Positions 18,347-28,330 of a stretch of DNA of 64,000 bases are shown one piece after another; within the stretch, counting starts at the first letter, position 1; each line of letters starts with the position of its first letter. This stretch comes from Escherichia phage HMD-9, in the sequence record PV287714.1; one strand, given 5' to 3'. The notes beneath the pieces were generated by a model. That model was not told where the DNA came from. It ran no database searches and worked only from the letters and a program-made list of their open reading frames with translations. Both the position numbers and the translations under genes were made by a program.

Positions 18347-19773
18347 TAAAATTTTAATTCATTTGCCAAAGCATCTAACTGAGCTCGAGCCGATTCATTT
18401 CTTTGATAGCGGTTCTGTTCAGCCTGAATCTGCTGTGAACCTGCTACTTCGTTCACTTCAGTTGGAGTAGAATCTTGTTCAATTTCTACCCATTTCTGAT
18501 TTCCTTTTTGAACGCCCATCAAAAACTTATTCCATTTATTCTTATCGCCATATCGTGATTTGATTTGCTTAATGAGTTGCTGTTCAGCCGCTGCTAACTC
18601 CTCGGTTTCAATGACCGCAAGCATAAAATCGGCTGTTGCTGGAAGACCGGCAGATTCTGCAATATCGCTCATGTTAACATCAGAAGAATCCCAAGCTTGC
18701 TTACCAACCTGTGCTGCAGTCCAAAGAACAGTTTCGGTTTCAACAGCTAGAGCACGCAATTCCTCTGCGATAGCTTTAACAGTTGTGTAACTATTTTCTG
18801 AGTAAACCCTGATGCGACAAGATTTACAAATACCTAGATAGTCAACAATAATGATTGTTGGAACAAAATTCTTCTTGAGCTTTAATTCGTTTAAAAGCGA
18901 TCGAAATGTATTAGCGTCTGCTCCACCAGTAGGATACTGTTTAACGATTAAACGGCCGAGAGTAGATTTCTCACGCCATTTTTCCATTTTTCCTTTATAT
19001 TCAGCGTAAGAAATATGCCCATCATCAATGTCATCAAGAGAAACATCGAGCATATTAGCGTCAATACGCTTAGCACAGACTTCTTCTGCCATTTCCATTG
19101 AAATGTAAAGAACATTATGACCGAGCTGTAAATAATCTGCTGCCAATGAACACAGACCTAATGACTTACCAACGTTAACACCAGCCATTAAAACGTTCAG
19201 TGTTCCAGTTTCAGCTCCGCCTTTAGTAATTTTATTTAGAATTTTGAGTTTAAATGGAACCTTACGAGCTTTATTCATATAAGATAGCCAACGTGCTTCG
19301 TAGTCATCCATCCAATCATGACCAACGTAGCTATCAAATGAAACTGATAATGCTTGGCGCATGATGTCAGGAATAGCACCTACATCTGGCATTTTCTTAT
19401 TTCGTTTTTCTGGAGGAAGCTCAGCATTAGTTTGAATTTCAATTATTTTAGACGTAGCATTAAACATCGCCCTTTGCTGAACATATTTTTCTGTTTCTTT
19501 TACTAACCAGCTGTGGTCTTCTGGAGAATCGGCTAGTTTTGAAATAAGTGTTTTTACACCAGAATATTCTGTTTCAGTAAATGAACTATTTTCTAATGCA
19601 ACATTTAACGCATTAATAGATGGAACGCTATGGTACTCATTAACATGAGATTTAATTAATTTGAATGTATTTTTAGCTGGACCACTTTCAAAATATTCTG
19701 AATCCATATATGGCCAAACTTTTGAAAAATAAGCTTGGTCAAATATGAGATGAGAAAGAATAATTTCTACCAC
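18346..19773 (-). CDS. 41: replicative DNA helicase gp41 (DnaB-like)
   Basis: 475-aa track ORF; Walker A GVNVGKS; matches T4 gp41. Confidence 0.95.
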   Translation of the reverse strand: MVEIILSHLIFDQAYFSKVWPYMDSEYFESGPAKNTFKLIKSHVNEYHSVPSINALNVALENSSFTETEYSGVKTLISKLADSPEDHSWLVKETEKYVQQRAMFNATSKIIEIQTNAELPPEKRNKKMPDVGAIPDIMRQALSVSFDSYVGHDWMDDYEARWLSYMNKARKVPFKLKILNKITKGGAETGTLNVLMAGVNVGKSLGLCSLAADYLQLGHNVLYISMEMAEEVCAKRIDANMLDVSLDDIDDGHISYAEYKGKMEKWREKSTLGRLIVKQYPTGGADANTFRSLLNELKLKKNFVPTIIIVDYLGICKSCRIRVYSENSYTTVKAIAEELRALAVETETVLWTAAQVGKQAWDSSDVNMSDIAESAGLPATADFMLAVIETEELAAAEQQLIKQIKSRYGDKNKWNKFLMGVQKGNQKWVEIEQDSTPTEVNEVAGSQQIQAEQNRYQRNESARAQLDALANELKF

Positions 19774-19782
19774 ACTTACTCC

Positions 19783-20145
19783 TTAAAAGAATTTAAATTT
19801 TTTCTTTGACCTTTTATTAAATGCATCTTGTAGTTGCATTGTAATACATTTTTCTACATGAGGAGCTAACTCAGCTTTTCTTTCTTGGTCAAGAACAGCA
19901 AAGTCCATTACGACTTTTCCATCAACCCAATCTAATTTTGTCACATACACAATGTGTGTAGAACCATCTTCTAGTTTAATGACAATCTCCTGGATAACAT
20001 TTTCCATGGCAGATTTAATTATCTTAAGAGATTCATTAAAAAGACGTTCTTTTCTTTCTTCTTCCCCCTCCGAAGAGGGGGATTCATCGATAATTTCTAG
20101 ATCTAAATCTAAATCATCTTTATTCATTAAATTCTTCCATATCAC
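19783..20145 (-). CDS. 40: gp40 head vertex assembly protein
   Basis: 120-aa track ORF between uvsX and 41. Confidence 0.6.
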   Translation of the reverse strand: MIWKNLMNKDDLDLDLEIIDESPSSEGEEERKERLFNESLKIIKSAMENVIQEIVIKLEDGSTHIVYVTKLDWVDGKVVMDFAVLDQERKAELAPHVEKCITMQLQDAFNKRSKKKFKFF

Positions 20146-21301
20146 TTAACTGATCTAGGTCAGTTTCTAAATCAGCTGCTGATTTACTTTTACTTTCTGG
20201 AGATTTAAATTTTTCGACCTTTGAGTTAATCAATTCATCAACTTCAGCTTCAACAATTTCATTACTATCAATAGCACCTAACTGATAAGCACGTTTAATA
20301 GCATCTCGGAATGGTTGATGCTTAAATAAAGGACCCCAGAATGTAGTGCAATTGGTATCTTTTGCACGCCAAGATTTTTCTTCGCGAATCATCTCACCGG
20401 TTTCTTCGTCAAGAAATTCACGAGCATACCAACCATTTTTAGGTTTTACTACAAATCCTAATTCAAGAGCCATATCTAACAGTCCAGAATAAGGATCGAT
20501 GCCACCGTCAAATTTAACATCAATAAAGAATTTACTTTTTTCTTTAACGGTACGAGATTTTTCTACATTTAGAACAAATTGATACCCCTGAAGATCAGAA
20601 CCATCTTTAATCTGGCGCTTACCGATAATGAATACAGTATCAGCCGAATACATTACGCCTGTACCGCCTGTCATCACGGTTTTACTAAACATTTCAATTG
20701 TTTCAATTGTATGGTTAACCGCAACGCACGGAATGTTTTTAATACTAAAATAAGGAGTAACAATACGGAATAATGACTTCAGTGATTTAGCACGAGTCAT
20801 ATCTGCCACAGATTTTTCATTCAAGGCATCTTCCGTTTCTTTCTTAGAAGCCATATTACCGATTGAGTCGATGAATACAATAACTTTTTCACCACGCTCA
20901 ATAGCTTCAAGCTGATTCACCATATCAATTTTCAGCTGTTCAACTGACTGAATTGGCGTATGAATTACTCGTTCCGGGTCAACTCCCATAGATCGCAAAT
21001 AAGCTGGAGTAATACCAAATTCGCTATCATAGAATAGACACACCGCGTCAGGATATTTGTTCAAATACGCCGCAACCATAGTCAAAGACATATTTGATTT
21101 AAAGTGTTTAGAAGGACCTGCAAAAATGGTTAAACCAGACTGCATACCACCATCAATCGCACCTGAAATAGCAATATTAAGCATCGGGATTTTTGTACGG
21201 ATTACATCCTTTTCATTAAAGAATTTAGATGTAGTCAGTTCAGCAGTCATTTTAGAAGTGGAAGCTTTAATCAAACGGGATTTTAAATCTGCAATAGACA
21301 T
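20120..21301 (-). CDS. uvsX: UvsX recombinase (RecA-like)
   Basis: 393-aa track ORF; RecA fold motifs; matches T4 UvsX. Confidence 0.95.
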   Translation of the reverse strand: MSIADLKSRLIKASTSKMTAELTTSKFFNEKDVIRTKIPMLNIAISGAIDGGMQSGLTIFAGPSKHFKSNMSLTMVAAYLNKYPDAVCLFYDSEFGITPAYLRSMGVDPERVIHTPIQSVEQLKIDMVNQLEAIERGEKVIVFIDSIGNMASKKETEDALNEKSVADMTRAKSLKSLFRIVTPYFSIKNIPCVAVNHTIETIEMFSKTVMTGGTGVMYSADTVFIIGKRQIKDGSDLQGYQFVLNVEKSRTVKEKSKFFIDVKFDGGIDPYSGLLDMALELGFVVKPKNGWYAREFLDEETGEMIREEKSWRAKDTNCTTFWGPLFKHQPFRDAIKRAYQLGAIDSNEIVEAEVDELINSKVEKFKSPESKSKSAADLETDLDQLSDMEEFNE

Positions 21302-21600
21302 TCATTTTTTCCATAAGCATCATTATATTTTCCTCACGGTTTAATAGAGGGTTTATACTTAGAGTAACTACATTAAAACTTATTTAAGATAGAATAATTT
21401 TATCACTCAATCTTTTAGCATTATCGCTTGAAGTCTCAGTTAACTGGGCGTTTGGCTATTCGATGAAATTCTCTCTTTTCTAACCAACATAACAAAAAGT
21501 CCCAAAAAAGCAAACAGACCTAAACCGATAAAGCAACAAAGGTCCTAACATTTATTCCACCGGTTAAAGATAAATAACTTTCTAATAATAGTTCATAATT

Positions 21601-22656
21601 TTATAAGTCAATAGCTTTTTTGAACGCATCTTGCCATTCGGCTTTCTTTGCACGAGTTTTATTTAAAATATCATGTTGAATAGAAAGCATCTCTTTACGT
21701 AAAGCATCACTGCGTTTTAACTCATTGACTCTATCAATGAGTTCAACACGATTATTTACATAAAAACGAGCATCATTAATAATTCGATGTTTGGTATCAA
21801 ATTCTTCATCAATTAGCATCACCGCATCAGATGCCATTGTTTCCCAGACGCGTAAGGTAATAAAGTTGTCATTGTAATTCTTGTCACCAATAATTAATGC
21901 AACGATAGCTTGACTATTCTTTTCAGATACCATGTTCATAGGAATTTTTCCAGTGAACACTGGAGCTTTGGTCCAAGGATATTTAGGATTTTTAAATTGT
22001 TTTTCTCGTGCAGTGCCAAAAAACTCAATATTTAAACCTGTGTCAAATAAGAATTCTACCATCTTGGATTCGCGTTGACCAGACCGAAATGAACCACCAT
22101 AAATAACATCCAAAGTTTTCTTGGTAGGCTTAGATATTTGAAAATCGTTTATATGAATTTTATATTGTTCAATAGGAAAATATTCGAATTCAATAACATT
22201 ATCAACTTTCTTATGCGCAGCCTTAGCAATGTTTAAATTTATACCTTGGGAAATCACTTTAATTGGTGATTTAATTAATAGCTCTTCTTCAGTGTACAAA
22301 TATGCCCATGGTCTATTTTTAACATTTGGCCAAGACTGAGAAAACGGCAAACGTATATCTGTAAATAAATAATAAATTTTACTTTTGTATTTTGCCATAA
22401 ATTTTTGCGCAGATAAAACTGCTAAATTAGGTTTACCACCAAAAAAGTTAATAGAAGAATTAACAACTATCAAACGGTCATAATCATTAACATCTACTTC
22501 ATCAAAAGATTTAGTGTAAACATCATTTTTAAGAGAAATAATGTCGACATTAAGACCCATTTCAGAAATAGCTTTAAAAAGATAAATAGTTTCAGAAGAT
22601 GAAATAGTTTTAAAATCAATAACATTATTACCCATATTAATTATAGCAATTTTCAT
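21601..22656 (-). CDS. bgt: DNA beta-glucosyltransferase
   Basis: 351-aa track ORF, MKIAIINMGNNVI...; matches T4 BGT. Confidence 0.95.
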   Translation of the reverse strand: MKIAIINMGNNVIDFKTISSSETIYLFKAISEMGLNVDIISLKNDVYTKSFDEVDVNDYDRLIVVNSSINFFGGKPNLAVLSAQKFMAKYKSKIYYLFTDIRLPFSQSWPNVKNRPWAYLYTEEELLIKSPIKVISQGINLNIAKAAHKKVDNVIEFEYFPIEQYKIHINDFQISKPTKKTLDVIYGGSFRSGQRESKMVEFLFDTGLNIEFFGTAREKQFKNPKYPWTKAPVFTGKIPMNMVSEKNSQAIVALIIGDKNYNDNFITLRVWETMASDAVMLIDEEFDTKHRIINDARFYVNNRVELIDRVNELKRSDALRKEMLSIQHDILNKTRAKKAEWQDAFKKAIDL

Positions 22657-22679
22657 ATTATTCCTTTTATATTAAACGA

Positions 22680-23420
22680 TTAAGCGTATTTTCCTATATA
22701 ATCTTTTTTCGAAATATGTGTTTCGCCAGTTTTCCACCAATGGTCAACCAAATAAAAATGACGAGAATACACATGAAGGCTTCCGACATTCCATATAATG
22801 GAACCTGCTTTATACTGGCGAGTTGAATCACCTGCGTTCAAATCAGATACTAATTTATCTAATACATATTTTTGCCATGCATAATCATTACGGAATCCGA
22901 AGACCACGTCATTTGAACGCATATTAACCACTGCATTGACTTTCTTATCACGAATCAGGTACTGTACTGTATTAGTACACATGAAATCTGACATGCCATC
23001 TTTATTGTAATCAAACTGCATAGATGGACGAGTATAAATCATGATACCACGTCGAGAATCAGGATTTTGACCAAGTTCAGCTAAACACATGTCATACTGA
23101 GCATAGTTATCTTCTGACCAGATGGCCCAACCATAATTCGAGTTAATTTCGCCTTTAGAAGATGCTACCTGCTGCCAAATCTTTGGTGTTTCACCTGGAA
23201 TGTCTTTAACGAACAAGCTCTTAGATTTATACCATTCAAGTTCACGCTGAATGTATTCATCATTAAGAGCGCCAAAAATAAACGGTTCATCTGCTACAAA
23301 TGATGCGCCAATAATTTCAATAGTTTTAACACCAGTTTTATCAACTACGAAATCTTTTTCCTTTAATGCAGTTCCCAAATGAAGACGGATTTCTTCAACT
23401 GTCATAGAGTCACTAATCAT
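22680..23420 (-). CDS. 42: dCMP hydroxymethylase gp42
   Basis: 246-aa track ORF; thymidylate-synthase-like fold; matches T4 gp42. Confidence 0.95.
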   Translation of the reverse strand: MISDSMTVEEIRLHLGTALKEKDFVVDKTGVKTIEIIGASFVADEPFIFGALNDEYIQRELEWYKSKSLFVKDIPGETPKIWQQVASSKGEINSNYGWAIWSEDNYAQYDMCLAELGQNPDSRRGIMIYTRPSMQFDYNKDGMSDFMCTNTVQYLIRDKKVNAVVNMRSNDVVFGFRNDYAWQKYVLDKLVSDLNAGDSTRQYKAGSIIWNVGSLHVYSRHFYLVDHWWKTGETHISKKDYIGKYA

Positions 23421-23427
23421 TTAAACC

Positions 23428-23577
23428 TCAATTGATACATTCATATTTAACTTGTAACAGTAATAAACCCCAACCTAAAATAATAGTTGGAATCATAAGA
23501 GGAACCGTTACACTATAGTATATACTTATTATAATCATCAAGATTAAAAGCAATGCTGCTATAATTTTGCTTTTCAT
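23428..23577 (-). CDS. small hydrophobic peptide, 49 aa
   Basis: ORF below track cutoff; ATG overlaps imm stop (ATGA); single predicted TM helix. Confidence 0.3.
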   Translation of the reverse strand: MKSKIIAALLLILMIIISIYYSVTVPLMIPTIILGWGLLLLQVKYECIN

Positions 23578-23825
23578 TCCTTCTCTCTGATGATAATTAC
23601 CTGATTTGGCTGCGCAGACTTTTTAGTTTCACCTGCAATTGACCAAATAAATGTAATAAACCAACCAATAATTGACCAGTTAAACAGTAAAGATGTAAAA
23701 AAGATTCCTACTGTCGATTTTGACCCACGCATCAAGGCGATGAACCATGGAAGCATGTATATAATAATAGCCAACACGCCTGAAACTAAAACCATAAAAA
23801 TTGAACCTGCTACTAAAGTTTCCAT
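23574..23825 (-). CDS. imm: superinfection immunity protein Imm
   Basis: 83-aa track ORF, two TM helices; matches T4 Imm. Confidence 0.85.
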   Translation of the reverse strand: METLVAGSIFMVLVSGVLAIIIYMLPWFIALMRGSKSTVGIFFTSLLFNWSIIGWFITFIWSIAGETKKSAQPNQVIIIREKE

Positions 23826-23832
23826 GTTTTCC

Positions 23833-24213
23833 TCACTTAGTCAAATTTTTTACACATGAATTATAAGAATTCACTACATACTCCATCGGAGCATTTTTAC
23901 CAGTACGCCACTGGTAATTATTAGCCCAATTTGCCCAAAGTTCTGCACAGTAGTTTTCAATTTTTTCTTCGCGTGTAATTACATCCGAATTACGATATGC
24001 TTGAGCAGATTCATCTGGACGAATAGCTTCGTCAAAATTCGCCTGCATTTGTTCTACTGTCTGTTTTGGAGCTTCTTTATAACACTTGACATTAGGATTA
24101 TAAAATTTGCTTGAACAGTTTACAATTTTTCCTACATCAGACTGATTTACTACCGGTCCTTGAGCTACACAACCAGCAAGACCTAATGCAATAACCAAAA
24201 TAGCGATTTTCAT
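23833..24213 (-). CDS. predicted lipoprotein (imm.1-like)
   Basis: Track ORF trimmed to MKIAILVIALGLAGC (signal peptide and lipobox), 126 aa; longer start lies in promoter element. Confidence 0.6.
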   Translation of the reverse strand: MKIAILVIALGLAGCVAQGPVVNQSDVGKIVNCSSKFYNPNVKCYKEAPKQTVEQMQANFDEAIRPDESAQAYRNSDVITREEKIENYCAELWANWANNYQWRTGKNAPMEYVVNSYNSCVKNLTK

Positions 24214-24230
24214 TTCATTCTCCAAATCCG

Positions 24231-24280
24231 TATCAGTAGTTGATAGTTGTATAGTACCACAGAGGAACGGTCTTGTAAAC
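24231..24280 (-). promoter_or_regulatory. PeSL-type early promoter cassette
   Basis: tatcagtagttgatagttgtatagtaccacagaggaacggtcttgtaaac; about 45 bp nearly identical to copy at 49900-49944. Confidence 0.6.
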
Positions 24281-24368
24281 AGTTTTGTGAAAAAATTTTT
24301 AATGAATTCAAAGGGCCCAGAATCATCTATTTTTCCTAAGTATAGATTTATATTACTTGTATGAAAAA

Positions 24369-24384
24369 GGGACCTGGAGGTCCC
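24369..24384 (-). terminator. rho-independent terminator downstream of gene 43
   Basis: gggacc-tgga-ggtccc hairpin, U run on minus strand. Confidence 0.55.
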
Positions 24385-24397
24385 TAGATTTATTCTA

Positions 24398-27094
24398 TCA
24401 GCCAAACAGGAAGTCTAACGAAGCTTTTTCTTCATAGTCCATGCCAGCCGATTCACACATACCAGCAAGCGGTTTAACAAACGATTTTTGGAACAAAGTT
24501 GAGTAGTCAATCCAAGATAGTACGTCAGAACGAATTTCTTTTGGAAGTTCTGTGCCTGATGGCCAAGCAATGCACTTGTCACCAAATGGATTTCCTTCAC
24601 GTAATGGAAGAACCATTACCTTATTTCCATCCAAAATTGGAGCTACACCTAAACCGCTAACAGCTCGACGATAAGTTAGCACACCACGAATATGGAACGG
24701 ACATTTAAATCCTGGCCAACCTTTATCATCATATTTCGCTATATCGTTCGCAGTTTTTACTTCAGCAATAACTTTATAGTCAAGTTGACGATATTCTTTC
24801 TCAAAGTTCTTGTAGTATTCTTGGACAGACTCTTCACCTTCCTGAAGAATACGACGAATACTTTCTTCGAGAGCTTCTTGTACTGCTTTTGGTGTTGAAC
24901 TCTGTTGAGTTTCCATACCCATGATTTTTAGATGTGGTTCAGCAAATCGCTTATCTTCCATATCATAAACGTTCAGAGCATAACGTTTTTTCGCTTTCCA
25001 AAATCCACCAACACCCTTTGAACCAAGCGGAGGGCAAGAAATAGCTTCACGGTCCATATGCATCAGATGCTCACGGTTATTCATATAATCACATAACTCA
25101 CGATATGCAACATCAATCATAGGTTCCATCTTTTTCTTACCAAACTGATTCATGAATTCAACTAAATCATTTTGTTCTTTAAAGCGGTCAAGACCTACTT
25201 TTTCAATTACTTTATCTACACAAACATATACCGAATCAGTATCACCTGCTGCGATGAAATCTTCACCATCAGTTCCACACACTTTATTTAGATATTCATT
25301 AATTTTACGAGCAATCCACTGAATACCGACTTGACCGAAAATTGTGATAGCAGTAGCATTTCGCAAATCATAGTAACGGAAATGAATATTACCAAGAGCA
25401 CCATAAAGACTGTTGATAAGAATTTTACGGTTCAGCTGATTTGTGTTAGCGAGTGTAGCAGCTTTTTCACATTCTTCGATCAGACTATTAAGAACAGATT
25501 CGGTGTAATTCGATAATTCGTTTAAGAAATCATCATTGAACTTAACATATCGTTCAACTTCTGGTTTAGTTGAACAAGACCCTGCACCTTTCATAATAAT
25601 CTTTTTAATAGCTTCGGCATTCATTTCTTCAGCGAACATTTTCTTTTTCCAATCTTTACGCTGGAAAAATACTTTAGCGATTTCCTTTGGAATGATACCT
25701 TCTTGGTGCTTATCATACATCCATCCATTCGGAGAACAAGAATATTCATCACTTGGCTTAGGAGCTGTTCCTGCGATATATTCATGAATTGGATGAACTT
25801 TGAACTGTCCACGAATAGTCTCAGGACTAATGTTAACCTGACGAATAATGCTAGGATACAGAGACGTCAAGTCAAAACTCATAATGTATCGACGAGCAAT
25901 CGGTTTAGGTTCAAACACAAATGCACCTGGAAAACTTTGTTTAACGTGCGAACCTTGTTGAGGAATAACCTTGTGTTCACCTTTCAATGAGTTAAAAATA
26001 ATAGCATCCCAAGTTTTAATAGGACTCATTACACCAGAAAAAGGCATTTTAGCATAATAAGACATACTTAAAACTAGATCGATAAACCCACGAATTTTAT
26101 CAATTGCTTGAACTGATTCTACGTCAATGATGTTATAACTAATGTATCGTTGATGATTAGTCTCACGAAGTTTATTAATAGGACCATCGTACGGCAATTT
26201 ACCTTTTTTGGTTTCATGTTGAGCAACTGATTCCAAAGAGAATGACGGCAAATTAGTAAATGCGAATTTCTTGTACAAATCTAAATAATCAAGAATAGAT
26301 ACGCCATCAATAGAATAAATTTCTTTGCTACCGTACACATTTTGAATTAGTTTAGATTTTACCCGACCGATTGGAGAGAAACGTTTCATACTGCGTTCGC
26401 CGAGAACCATTTTAACGCGATTCATGATATACGGAACGTCAAATCCCTCAATATTCCAACCGGTAAAAATAGCCGGTCGTTTCTGTTCCCAGAGATTAAT
26501 ATATTCCATGAGCATATCACGCTCATTATCGAATGGCATATAAATTACTCGGTCAAGAATTTCTTGAGGAACTTCATCACCACCTTCACAGTCAAGCTTA
26601 GCAGCTAACTTTGCATCCCATTTTGATACTGAACCGTACATTGAATTCAACAAATCAAAGACGTAAAAACGGTCGTCAATTGAATCATAATGAGTGATAG
26701 CATCAATTTCATATTCTGCTTTCATTGGGTCAGGAAATTTATCACCAGTAACCTCAATGTCACAGTTAGCTACACGAACAAATTTTCGGTCATAAACAAT
26801 TTCTGAACCATATGTATCACTGATATAAGCGAGTTTAAAATCGTTCATACCAAGAGCTTCGAGACCGATGTCTTCCATTCGTTTCATCCAATCTCGTGCA
26901 TCTTTCATTGATGGAAATTTTTGAGGAGCGCAATTTTTACCATAAATGTCTTTGTATTTTGACTCTTCCTTACAATGCCTAAACATAGTCGGAAGATATT
27001 CTACTTCACGAGTACGTTCCTTTCCATTTTCATCAATATAACGTTCAACAATATTATTTCCGACTGTTTCGATAGAGATATAAAATTCTTTCAT
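24398..27094 (-). CDS. 43: DNA polymerase gp43 (family B)
   Basis: 898-aa track ORF; exonuclease and polymerase motifs (DTDS); matches T4 gp43 length. Confidence 0.97.
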   Translation of the reverse strand: MKEFYISIETVGNNIVERYIDENGKERTREVEYLPTMFRHCKEESKYKDIYGKNCAPQKFPSMKDARDWMKRMEDIGLEALGMNDFKLAYISDTYGSEIVYDRKFVRVANCDIEVTGDKFPDPMKAEYEIDAITHYDSIDDRFYVFDLLNSMYGSVSKWDAKLAAKLDCEGGDEVPQEILDRVIYMPFDNERDMLMEYINLWEQKRPAIFTGWNIEGFDVPYIMNRVKMVLGERSMKRFSPIGRVKSKLIQNVYGSKEIYSIDGVSILDYLDLYKKFAFTNLPSFSLESVAQHETKKGKLPYDGPINKLRETNHQRYISYNIIDVESVQAIDKIRGFIDLVLSMSYYAKMPFSGVMSPIKTWDAIIFNSLKGEHKVIPQQGSHVKQSFPGAFVFEPKPIARRYIMSFDLTSLYPSIIRQVNISPETIRGQFKVHPIHEYIAGTAPKPSDEYSCSPNGWMYDKHQEGIIPKEIAKVFFQRKDWKKKMFAEEMNAEAIKKIIMKGAGSCSTKPEVERYVKFNDDFLNELSNYTESVLNSLIEECEKAATLANTNQLNRKILINSLYGALGNIHFRYYDLRNATAITIFGQVGIQWIARKINEYLNKVCGTDGEDFIAAGDTDSVYVCVDKVIEKVGLDRFKEQNDLVEFMNQFGKKKMEPMIDVAYRELCDYMNNREHLMHMDREAISCPPLGSKGVGGFWKAKKRYALNVYDMEDKRFAEPHLKIMGMETQQSSTPKAVQEALEESIRRILQEGEESVQEYYKNFEKEYRQLDYKVIAEVKTANDIAKYDDKGWPGFKCPFHIRGVLTYRRAVSGLGVAPILDGNKVMVLPLREGNPFGDKCIAWPSGTELPKEIRSDVLSWIDYSTLFQKSFVKPLAGMCESAGMDYEEKASLDFLFG

Positions 27095-27152
27095 AGATAT
27101 TCCTTAGTTTATAGCCCGAGTTATTAGGCTCTTGATATATTATACTCCAAAT

Positions 27153-27170
27153 AAGGGGCCGAAGCCCCTT
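27153..27170 (-). terminator. UUCG-tetraloop GC hairpin followed by TTGGAGTATAAT upstream of gene 43
   Basis: aaggggc-cgaa-gcccctt. Confidence 0.5.
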
Positions 27171-27172
27171 GC

Positions 27173-27394
27173 TTAAATTAATACCAGCTGTCGGTGAAAA
27201 ATTGTTAATCCATCTGCATTAATTGACTTAACCACTGCGGTAAAGTGTTTTTGTTCTGGGTGAACTAATTTTTGAAATTCTACCTGAAATTTTAGTTGGA
27301 GATTTTCTGGTAAATCAAAAAGTGTTTCTGTTGCAGAAAGATTATATTTTTCTTTAAGAGACGCCATGTATTCTTGTGGGGTTATAGCAGTCAT
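27173..27394 (-). CDS. hypothetical small protein between regA and 43
   Basis: Track ORF trimmed to ATG immediately after regA stop; 73 aa. Confidence 0.4.
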   Translation of the reverse strand: MTAITPQEYMASLKEKYNLSATETLFDLPENLQLKFQVEFQKLVHPEQKHFTAVVKSINADGLTIFHRQLVLI

Positions 27395-27395
27395 A

Positions 27396-27764
27396 TTAAT
27401 TACCAATCGTATATTTTGGAACGAGTTTCCATTCATGTTTTTGTTTAAAAGAAATAACTCGGAAGTTATTGGTTAAATCTTTCATAAAAGTTCTTTGACC
27501 AGGAACGATTTCAATCAGTCCCCAATCTTCTAACAGCCATGCAATCGAATCACGACGAACTTCATCTTCTTCTGTCATTTCAACCTGGCGACCATCCATA
27601 CGAAGCATTTCTTTAAAATGAACGATATAGTATAGTCCTTTTTTCTGAAGAATATGACAGGACTGATACAGAACTTTATCTTTATTATTAGCAATTCCCA
27701 TGCGAGTCAAAGTTTCTTTTACTTTCAGAAAATCTTCAGGTTTTTTAAGAGTAATTTCAATCAT
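27396..27764 (-). CDS. regA: translational repressor RegA
   Basis: 122-aa track ORF identical in length and sequence to T4 RegA from memory. Confidence 0.95.
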   Translation of the reverse strand: MIEITLKKPEDFLKVKETLTRMGIANNKDKVLYQSCHILQKKGLYYIVHFKEMLRMDGRQVEMTEEDEVRRDSIAWLLEDWGLIEIVPGQRTFMKDLTNNFRVISFKQKHEWKLVPKYTIGN

Positions 27765-27765
27765 T

Positions 27766-28329
27766 TTACCATTCCAATGCTAGTTTTTTGAGTTGTTTCT
27801 GTTCTTTTACGTTCTTAGTCACTTCTTTCAAAAAATCATCCGTGACTAAACCTTTTAGTTCTTTTAATACTAAAGGAAGTTTTCCATTTTTAGTAAGAAT
27901 TGATTTATAGTTAATTGCATCATTTGTATTAACTTGATACCGCTTAGCAAGTAACTTAATAATCAATACTTCGGTAGAATCTTCAACCAGTTTTGCCCAT
28001 TTACCGTATCTTTTACCCCGAGGAACAGCAGCCATCAGATAATTAAAATGGGCTTCATCGCTTAAACCTGATCCAATTAAATTCATAGCATATACAGCTG
28101 GCATGCACTCAGGAAATTGTGATAATGCATTCTCAACCATGTATTTTGAATAATCTTTTTGAGTAATAGAGCATTTAGTTTTATTATTGATAGCTCCAAT
28201 TATTTCAAAAAACTCATTTTCAGCTTTTTCTTTAAAAGAATCAGCAGCAGATTGGACAGCTGTCCAATCTTTTGAATACCAAGCAACTTGATGCTCGTTT
28301 AATTGAATATCATCTTCAAATAAGCTCAT
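27766..28329 (-). CDS. 62: clamp loader small subunit gp62
   Basis: 187-aa track ORF, adjacent to gp44. Confidence 0.93.
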   Translation of the reverse strand: MSLFEDDIQLNEHQVAWYSKDWTAVQSAADSFKEKAENEFFEIIGAINNKTKCSITQKDYSKYMVENALSQFPECMPAVYAMNLIGSGLSDEAHFNYLMAAVPRGKRYGKWAKLVEDSTEVLIIKLLAKRYQVNTNDAINYKSILTKNGKLPLVLKELKGLVTDDFLKEVTKNVKEQKQLKKLALEW

Positions 28330-28330
28330 A

